Of a stretch of 64,000 nt of DNA, positions 54,954-64,000 are shown piece after piece. The position numbers and the translations under genes were made by a program. The stretch is from assembly GCF_006345805.1 (NCBI RefSeq), contig NC_043001.1:9052001-9116000 (forward strand), read 5' to 3'. The first letter of the stretch is position 1, and each line of letters begins with the position of its first letter. The notes beneath the pieces were generated by a model, which worked only from the letters and a program-made list of their open reading frames with translations, was not told where the DNA came from and did no database searches. Source of the DNA: Octopus sinensis (Eukaryota).

Positions 54954-55150
54954 GAAAGTTACAGAAAAACAAAAGACGAAGACAGGTGTATAAACAACAA
55001 GTAAATGCATTAGTTTAACGCTCGGGAAGGAGAGAAAGTCCTTTTCGTTCGAGCCTACGCTCTTCAACAGAAAGAAACACGATGAAATAAACAGAGGGAG
55101 AATGAGAAAATATGTTAAAAAGCTTTTGGAGCTAGCGATCAATCATGGCA
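54950..55150 (-). mobile_element. Short Penelope-like terminal fragment with degenerate hammerhead motif (55041-55074)
   Basis: Minus strand CTTT-CTGTTGA-A-GAGC-gtag-GCTC-GAAC-GAAAAG; abuts (TA)n. Confidence 0.6.
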
Positions 55151-55794
55151 GCTGTTGTGTATATGTATATATATATTTCAGTAACTTGTGACATATTATC
55201 GTGGCAATAGACACTTTTCTATGATTAGCAATAGTACTTAGTATTAGGTGCTTCTTTTCCCCTTACTCAGTAACATGATTGTTTGTGATTTTATTATGAA
55301 TTTTGCTTTAAAGGTTTAATCCGAAGAGGATTGGAAGAATCCATCATATATTTCAACCGTTTCAATGCAACTGGTTTAAATGATAAGATATCTTCAAATC
55401 TGGGACCTGGTCTTAATTTTAGCGAGTAATTTGATTCTGCTGCAAGCAAAGAGGCTATATGAAAGTGGTAAATCGAAGAACGTATTAAGTCTATCAGCCA
55501 AAAACAAAATTAGAAGCTCCGACAGACTTCCGTATAATTTCCTTCCTCTGTGTTTCACTCGTTGGTTTAACCCAATGCAACATTTAAAAGATGTTAGTGG
55601 AAAATGTCACGAATTAGAACCGGACACAAAACTACATCGTTACGAAACGAACTCAACCAACTACGTCTGCACCCAATCACCATATCAGGTAGAATACAAT
55701 CAAATAAAAACTATTTAGACGATAAATTAATTATTTCTCGTTTTTTGGATTTAGTTTGCAAGATACTTTATGTGAGTTCGTTTGTTGAAGCATA

Positions 55795-56020
55795 TTCTGT
55801 TGTGTCTGGGGAGAGTTATTTTCTTTTTGTGCCTTATAATGTAACACACTCACCGGTAAAATTTCCACTTATTTCTTATTTTTATTTTACAAATAATTTC
55901 GTTGCGTCTTGCAACCTTTTCAATAGTCGTAAAAAATAAGAAATGAGTGGAAATTTTACCGGTGAGTGTGTTACATTATAAGGCACAAAAAGAAAATGAC
56001 TCTCTCCAGACCCAACAGAA
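55795..56020. repeat. Inverted repeat with about 89-bp arms
   Basis: 55795-55883 pairs with 55932-56020; the spacer contains hairpin GTTGC-gtctt-GCAAC. Confidence 0.9.
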
Positions 56021-57814
56021 ATGAATCATTGAAAATTAGAAACTGAAAAGCCGCCGCCTTGATTCTACGGATGGTTAAACTGAATTTTATTTCCTTGCTG
56101 CAGTGTATTCATTCGTTGTATTTTGTTTCTTGTTTAGTTCTTGTCAAAGCCTAAGCGAAAAAGAAAATTTAACTCAGCCCAATGCAACCACTCTTAAAGC
56201 AAGTCATAGCACCACGTGATGTGTGTATCAATTCATTGATACTAAATAGTCTTCACCTGTAAAATAACACGGAGGTGAAAGAAAACGCATTACGGATACT
56301 CGTAAAAGGAACTAGTAATTTATTCGTTATTCTATATAAAATGTTGTACATCACGTTTGGCGGTCCAGTAATACTAAATAAATTACTTAAAACATTCAAG
56401 TGTTGATATTTGTCTCTGGTTTCTTCTTCAATCCATTCTCCTATGACAAACTTTTATAGTATATTATTGTATCTTCTATTCTAAATAAATACTTGCTGCT
56501 TCTTATAGAATATTACTTCATTTACTAAATATTTCTTTTCCAATCATACTTTCTCACAACCACTCAAAAGAATTATGATATAGTGTCTAAGAACTGAATA
56601 CATCTATTTATGCCAAGAAGAAAATCTCTTCCGAAAGAAATAACTTCACATTCTTGTTTTCTAAAAAATCTCAAAAAATATTTGTGCAAATAATAAACTG
56701 ATTTATATCGAATATATTCTTCTTCAGCATGCACTATATTTGCTAAGCAACTGAAACATCTCTTTTCAAGGTAGTTGTCCACAAATCTGTGACACATGCT
56801 AAAGTTGTTTTTTTTATATTGTCTCTACTTTTCCCATGTATATCGGATAATGTGGCTGATTATGCTATTTATGCGAACGGTGGATGGTTAATACATCATT
56901 ACATGCGAGTATGGTGAATGATAGAGTCACTCCTACAGGGAGGCTATACCGAAACATACAGTTGTTGATTATAAATGCAAATCACTCATTTATATCAAAG
57001 GAAGGAGATAATAGAAGAGCAGGCAAACAGAAATATAAACAAGAGAAGAGAGGAACTAATTAGGATATTTTTAGACCACAAAACAGTCGCAAATTATAGA
57101 GAAATAAGAAAGAAAACCAGTTTCTTTGAAGAATGAATAAACATAATTAAGCGTCAAAAAGATAGACCTTATCGGATTCTCATTTGTTTTCGTTCTTTAT
57201 TTCGCCAGTGAAATTAACAATTTAACAGGTTATTGCGTGTTGCATCTGATCAAGCAACGAAAATATATTCTTTCCCCTTCAAATTTCCCTTTGAAATAAT
57301 ATTTGAATTGAATATTCTTTGCTTTGTTATAGCTTCTGGATATTTAACTAAGCAGCAGATTATAAAGAATATCGTTATAGAAATCAACCCGCCACAGTAC
57401 TTCATTATTTTTAATAGATAACTTCGCAGCATATTCGTACATTGTGCATAATTCCTTTGGACACGCCTTCACATTGTATAATTTTGCATAAATGAAAAGA
57501 AAAAAAACAAATATTTCTTAATCAAGTGCGACAAACAGAACATCTTTTCTTATTTTTTTTCGGTGGTGGGGAGGATATAAAATTTGTTTTCTGTGATATT
57601 GAAAGTCAATACCTCAACGATGTAGGGAGAAAAGTGTTTAAAATCGTATTTTGACATCAAAAAGCCAGACTATTTTAGCAGTTTATACCTGAGATCGTAA
57701 TTTTTTTTATCAATGTTCTCTTGTAATAAAAAAAAAGCCAGTAACCTACAAACAAACTGGTTCACCAGAATCTAACGGTTAATATAACAACCCAAGTACA
57801 TAAAACACTGATTC

Positions 57815-58320
57815 TTCTCCTCCACTTCTCTGTCTCTCTCATGCCCTCCCTCTCTGCTTCCCTCGCTCTTTCTCTTCGTTTCTATCACTCCTCTTTCTTT
57901 CTGTCTTTCTTTCTGCCTCTCTCTCTCTCTCTCTCTGTCTCCTTTCTCTTTTTCCTGCCTCCTCTCTCTCTATCTCTCTACCCTCCTCTCTTCTCCTGTT
58001 TCTTCTTCTCTCTCTCTCTCTCTCTCTCGCTGGCTTTCTATCTGTCTCTCTCTGCCTGTTTTACTTTTCCTCTCTCTCTGCCCCTCTCTCGCTTCCTCAC
58101 TATCTCTCTCTGCCCCACTCTGCCTTTGTTTCTGCCTCTTTCTCTCTCTTTCTCCCCTCTCTCTCTCTCTCTCGTCTTCCACCCCTCTATTTGTTTCTGT
58201 CCCTCAGTCTCTCTACTTCTTTTTGCATCTCTCACGCTTTGTTTCTGCGCCGTCTCTCTCCCCCTCTCTCCTTCTTTCCCCCCTCTCTCTCACATTATCT
58301 CTCCCCACCTCTCTCTCAGC
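57815..58320. repeat. CT-rich low-complexity tract
   Basis: Direct reading. Confidence 0.9.
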
Positions 58321-58789
58321 CTTACATAATGGGGGAATTGATATTGAATCTCTGTGAATTGATTATTTGATGCCCTGACACATCGCTGCCATTAACACCT
58401 GTTCGTTCCTTTCCAAGATTTCCTTTAAACCTTTCGGAGTAAACCAGGAGTGATGCTCTTACCAAAATATGGTGAATATAATGCATTAGAAGAGTGGCAC
58501 CCGTCTCAAATGTCTAATATAGAAGCACCATGGTTGCTACCTGTCGTATGACAGGTAGCAGCTTGGAAGTATATGTTTACCATACACACACAAACACACA
58601 CGCGCGTGCATGAACACATACATAAGTAGAATGAACGCTGACGCCGGAAAGGAAACTGACATTAGAAAATTTGCTTGGTTGAAGTCTGAATAATGACATC
58701 TGACCCATGCAAGCAATGAAAAGTGGACGTTAAACTGAAGCTGAAAGAACGAAGAAACAATGAATGTATCAGAAAGAGAGAGAGCGACA

Positions 58790-59222
58790 GAGTGTGCGTG
58801 TGTGTGTGTGAGAGTGTAAGAGTGTGAGTGTGAGTGTGTGGGTAAGAGTGTGTGTGTGTAATTATGCGTGTGTGTGAGAGTGTGCGTGTGTGTGTGAGAG
58901 TAAGAGTGTGTGTGTGTGTGTGAGTTTTAGGGTGTGTGAGTTTTAGGGTGTGTGAAAGTAAGAGAGTGCGTGTGTGCGTGTGTGTGAGTGTAAGAGTGTG
59001 TGTGTAAGAGTGTGTGTGTGCATGTGTGTGTGAGTGTTAGAGTATGCGTGTGTGTGTGTTTGTATGCGAGTATAAGAGTGTAAGTGTGTGTGTGTGTGTG
59101 TGTGCGTGTGTGAATGTAAGAGTGTGTGTGTGCGTGCGTGTCTGAGTGTAAGAGTGTGTATGTGTGCGTGGGTGTGTATGTGTGTAAGTGTGTCTATATG
59201 TGTGTGTGTGCATGTGTTTGTG
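58790..59222. repeat. (GT)n-derived degenerate minisatellite with GTAAGA interruptions
   Basis: Direct reading. Confidence 0.9.
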
Positions 59223-59547
59223 CGTAATGATGTATCTACAAAATTCTTTAAGTGTAGCCTTTCCCCAATGTTTCTTTGACACTTGAAGAATTATGAGGTA
59301 TTTAATTACCGAAGAGTTTTATTCTCTCTTCCTCCCACAAGATTTCTCTCTCATTTCTTGTTTTTTTACCTCCTTTACTCCTACCTCTCTCTCATACTCT
59401 AATATCTTAAAGAAGAAACATTGGAAACTATAGCCTTTGAAAATGTGGCTGGAATAACTTTGATTATAGGCTTCCCCAACTTGAGAAAAATGGCTAAACT
59501 ACAATAACAATAAAAGGAATTTTGTCTATCGAATGGACATTTTGGGA

Positions 59548-60827
59548 TGGAATTTTGGGGGAATCGGCCAGTCCATTGGATCGGCCCCAGTACGCAAATG
59601 GTGCTTATTTAATCGACCCTGTAAGGATGAAAGGCAAAGTCGACCTCGGCGGAATTTGAACTGAGAACGTAACGGCAGACGAAATACCTATTTCTTTACT
59701 ACCCACAAGGGGCTAAACACAGAGAGGACAAACAAGGACAGACAAACGGGTAAGTTGATTACGTCGGTCCCAGTGCGTAACTGGTACTTATTTAATCGAC
59801 CCCGAAAGATGAAAGGCAAAGTCGACTCGGCGGAATTTGAAATGAGAACGTAACGACAGACGGAATACCTATTTCTTACTACCCACAAGGGGCTAAACAC
59901 AGAGAGGACAAACAAGGACAGACAAACGGATTAGTTGATTACGTCGGTCCCAGTGCGTAACTGGTACTTATTTAATCGACCCCGAAAGGATGAAAGGCAA
60001 AGTCGACTTCGGCGGAATTTGAAATGAGAACGTAACGACAGACGGAATACCTTTCTTTACTACCCACAAGGGGCTAAACACAGAGAGGACAAACAAGGAC
60101 AGACAAACGGATTAGTTGATTACGTCGGTCCCAGTGCGTAACTGGTACTTATTTAATCGACCCCGAAAGGATGAAAGGCAAGTCGACTTCGGCGGAATTT
60201 GAAATGAGAACGTAACGACAGACGGAATACCTATTTCTTTACTACCACAAGGGGCTAAACACAGAGAGGACAAACAAGGACAGACAAACGGATTAAGTGA
60301 TTACGTCGGTCCAGTGCGTAACTGGTACTTATTTAATCGACCCCGAAAGGATGAAAGGCAAAGTCGACTTCGGCGGAATTTGAAATGAGAACGTAACGAC
60401 AGACGGAATACCTATTTCTTTACTACCCACAAGGGGCTAAACACAGAGAGGACAAACAAGGACAGACAAACGGATAAGTTGATTACGTCGGTCCCAGTGC
60501 GTAACTGGTACTTATTTAATCGACCCCGAAAGGATGAAAGGCAAAGTCGACTTCGGCGGAATTTGAAATGAGAACGTAACGACAGACGGAATACCTATTT
60601 CTTTACTACCCACAAGGGGCTAAACACAGAGAGGACAAACAAGGACAGACAAACGGATTAAGTTGATTACGTCGGTCCCAGTGCGTAACTGGTACTTATT
60701 TAATCGACCCCGAAAGGATGAAAGGCAAAGTCGACCTCGGCGGAATTTGAGCTCAGACCGTAGCAGCAGACGAAATACCGCTAAGCATTTCGCGCGGTGT
60801 GCTAACGATTCTGTCAGCTTGCCACCT
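59548..60827 (-). repeat. SINE family A tandem array: seven cores, six near-identical 180-183 bp units
   Basis: Tail-1 motif TACTACCCACAAGGGG at about 59697, 59877, 60058, 60240, 60421 and 60604; single head at about 60780-60827. Confidence 0.92.
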
Positions 60828-63800
60828 TAAAATATTCTTTTTTATACGAGGTACAGGGCCCGAAATTTTTAGGAAGAGGGCCAGTCGATTAGATCGACCC
60901 CAGTACGCAACTGGTACTTTATTTATCGATCCCGAAACGATAAAAGGCCAAGTCGACCTCGGCGGAATTTGAACTCAAAACCTAAAGACAAACGAAATAC
61001 CACTAATCATTTAACCCAGAGTGCTAACGTTTCTTATTTCTTTACTGCTCACAAGGGGCTAAACATAGAGGGAACTAACAAGGATAGACAAAGAGATTAA
61101 GTCGATTACATTGACCCCAGTGCGTAACTGGTACTTGATTACCGACCCTAAAAGGATGAAAGTAAAAGTTGACCTCAGCGGAATTTCAACTCAGAACATA
61201 ACAGCAGACGAAATACCTATTTCTTTACTACCCACAAGGGGCTAAACACAGAGAGGGCAAACAAGGACAGACAAAAGGATTAAGTCGATTACATCGACTC
61301 CAGTGCGTCACTGGTACTTAATTTATCGAGCCCGAAAGGATGAAAGTCAAAGTCGACCTCGGCGGAATTTCAACTCAGAACGTAAAGACAGACAAAATAC
61401 CTATTTCTTTATTACCCACAAGGGGCTAAACACAGAGGCAACAAACAAGGACAGACATAGGTATTAAGTCGATTATATCGACCCCAGTTCGTAACTGGTA
61501 CTTAATTTATCGACCCCGAAAGGATGAAAGGCAAAGTCGACCTCGGCGGAATTTGAACTCACAACGTAACGCAGACGAAATACCGCTAAGCATTTCGCCC
61601 GACGTACTATCCTTTCTGCAAGTCGTCGCTTTAATAAAAGGAATTGTACGAAACTTTCGCTGTTAATATTTCCATTGAAGAGTCCAGGCTTCATGGCAAA
61701 GAATAGTGTTACTCAAGATTCTTTCATTCTCAGCTGAGTTTAAAGTTTTGTGATGACAATAAATATTAAGTAAGTGGGCGAACAGGCAGAAACGTTAGCA
61801 CGCCAAGCGAAATGCTTAATACTATTTCGTCTGTCTACGTGTTCTGAGCTCAAATTTCGCCGAGGTCGACTTTGCCTTTTATCCTCTCGTGGTCAATAAA
61901 TTAAGTACGAGTTGCGTACTGCTGTCGATCTTCTCGACTGGTTCAATCCTACAAAATTTCGGATCGTGTGACTAGAGTAGAAAAGAAAAAGATACATAAT
62001 AAGTTACCGCATTTGTCTCTGAGCCACTTAAAACAAGAAATTACGTTATAAATTATAGAATGTCTGTTTCTTTATTGCCCACAGGGGCCTAAACATAGAG
62101 GGGGGCAAAAAAGGATAGAGAAAGGGATTGAGTCGATTACATCGTAACTGGTACTTATTTAATCGAACCTGAAATGATGAAAGGTAAAGTGAACCTCGGC
62201 AGAATTTCAACTCAGGACTTAAAGACAGACGAAAAATACCTGTTTCTTTATTACCCTCAAGGAGCTAAATGCAGAAGAGACAAACAAGGACAGACAAAGG
62301 TATTAAGTCGAACACATCGACCCCAGTGCGAACCCGAAAGGATGAAAGGCAAAGTCGACCTCGGCGGAATTTGAACTCAGAACGTAACGGCAGACGAAAT
62401 ACCTATTTCTTTACTACCCCCAAGGGGCTAAACACCGAGAGGACAAGCAAGGACAGACAAACGGATTAAGTCAATTATGTTGACCTCAGTGTGTAACTGG
62501 TACTTATTTAATCAGCTCCGAAAGGATGAAAGGCAAAGTCGACCTCGGCGGAATTTGAACTCAGAACGTAACGGCAGACGAAATACGGCTACGCATTTTG
62601 CCCGGTGTGCTGACGTCTCTGCCAGCTCGCCACCTTAAAATATTCTTTTTTATACGAGGTACAGGGTCCGAAATTTTTAGGAAGAGGGCCAGTCGATTAG
62701 TCGACCCCAGTACGCAACTGGTATTTTATTAATCGATCCCGAAACGATAAAAGGCCAAGTCGACCTCGGCGGAATTTGAACTCAGAATCTAAAGACAAAC
62801 GAAATACCACTAATCATTTCACCCAGGGTGCTAACGTTTCTTATTTCTTTACTGCTCACAAGGGGCTAAACATAGAGGTAACTAACAAGGATAGACAAAG
62901 AGATTAAGTCGATTACATCGACCCCAGTGCGTAACTGGTACTTAATTACCGACCCTAAAAGGATGAAAGTAAAAGTCGACCTCAGCGGAATTTCAAATCA
63001 GAACATAACAGCAGACGAAATACTTATTTCTTTACTACCCACAAGGGGCTAAACACAGAAAGGACAAACAAGGACAGACAAACGGATTAAGTCAATTATG
63101 TCGACCCCAGTGCGTAACTGGTACTTATTTAATCGACCCCGAAAGGATGAAAGGCAAATTCGACCTCGGCGGAATTTGAACTCAGAACGTAAAGACAGAC
63201 AAAATACCGCTAAGCATTTCGCCCGGTGTGCTGAAGTTTCTGCCAGTCGTCGCTTTAATAAAAGAAATTGTACGAAACTTTCGCCGTTAATATTTCTTTT
63301 GAAGAGTCAAGGCTTCACGGCAAAGAATAGTGTTACCTAAGATCCTTTCATTCTCAGCTGAGTCTAAAGTTTTGTGATGACAATAAATATTAAGTAAGTG
63401 GGCGAACAGGCAGAAACGTTAGCACGCCAAGCGAAATGCTTAATACTATTTCGTCTGTCTACGTGTTCTGAGCTCAAATTTCGCCGAGGTCGACTTTGCC
63501 TTTTATCCTCTCGGGGTCGATAAATTAAGTACGCGTTACGTACTGTTGTCGATCTTCTCGACTGGTCCAATCCTACAAAATTTCGGATCGTGTGACTAGA
63601 GTAGAAAAGAAAAAGATACATTATAAATTACCGCATTTGTCTCTGAGCCACTTAAAACAAGAAATTACGTTATAAATTATAGAATGTCTGTTTCTTTATT
63701 GCCCACAGGGGCCTAAACATAGAGGGGGGCAAAAAAGGATAGAGAAAGGGATACAATCGATTACATCGTAACTGGTACTTATTTAATCGAACCTGAAATG

Positions 63801-64000
63801 ATGAAAGGCAAAGTGAACCTCGGTTGAATTTCAACTTAGAACTTAAAGACAGACGAAAAATACCTGTTTCTTTATTACCCTCAAGGGGCTAAACACAGAA
63901 GAGACAAACAAGGACAGACAAAGGTATTAAGTCGAACACATCGACCCCAGTGCGATCCCGAAAGGATGAAAGGCAAAGTCGACCTCGGCAGAATTTGAAC
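60700..64000. repeat. Higher-order tandem duplication of a 1.6-1.8 kb block of family A SINEs plus unique spacers
   Basis: CCACCTTAAAATATTCTTTTTTATACGAGG at about 60822 and 62630; GTCGTCGCTTTAATAAAA at about 61622 and 63246; runs to the window end. Confidence 0.9.

Noticed and set aside
59620-59660. Possible hammerhead in the family A unit (GAAAGGATGAAAGGC)
   Set aside because: No CUGANGA core or correctly ordered stems on either strand, so the array is not called a retrozyme. Other ribozyme classes were not excluded computationally.
59548-60827. CRISPR-like appearance of regular repeats
   Set aside because: Units are entirely repeated with no unique spacers, derive from a SINE, and lie in a eukaryotic context with no cas genes.

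Overview
Eukaryotic, AT-rich, repeat-saturated non-coding DNA (intron or intergenic) with one 100-N scaffold gap. The repeat repertoire looks like an octopus/cephalopod genome; this is inferred from recalled SINE sequences and not verified. I can support no intact host gene, and almost all six-frame ORFs are microsatellite or SINE read-through. The window holds at least four tRNA-derived SINE families (my labels A-D), decayed R4/Dong-type and CR1-type LINE pieces, a fold-back mariner MITE, a non-autonomous Helitron, and many (TA)n, (GATA)n, (ATT)n and (GAT)n tracts. The most interesting signals are: (1) several unrelated short elements carrying minimal type-I hammerhead ribozyme motifs of the Penelope-associated kind, one fused to a tRNA-like Pol III head and showing an inverted terminal copy; (2) SINE family A, which forms TSD-flanked multimers, serial insertions, chimeras and a higher-order satellite; (3) modular 3' tail swapping on SINE family C. 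Coordinates were read by eye and may be off by a few bases.
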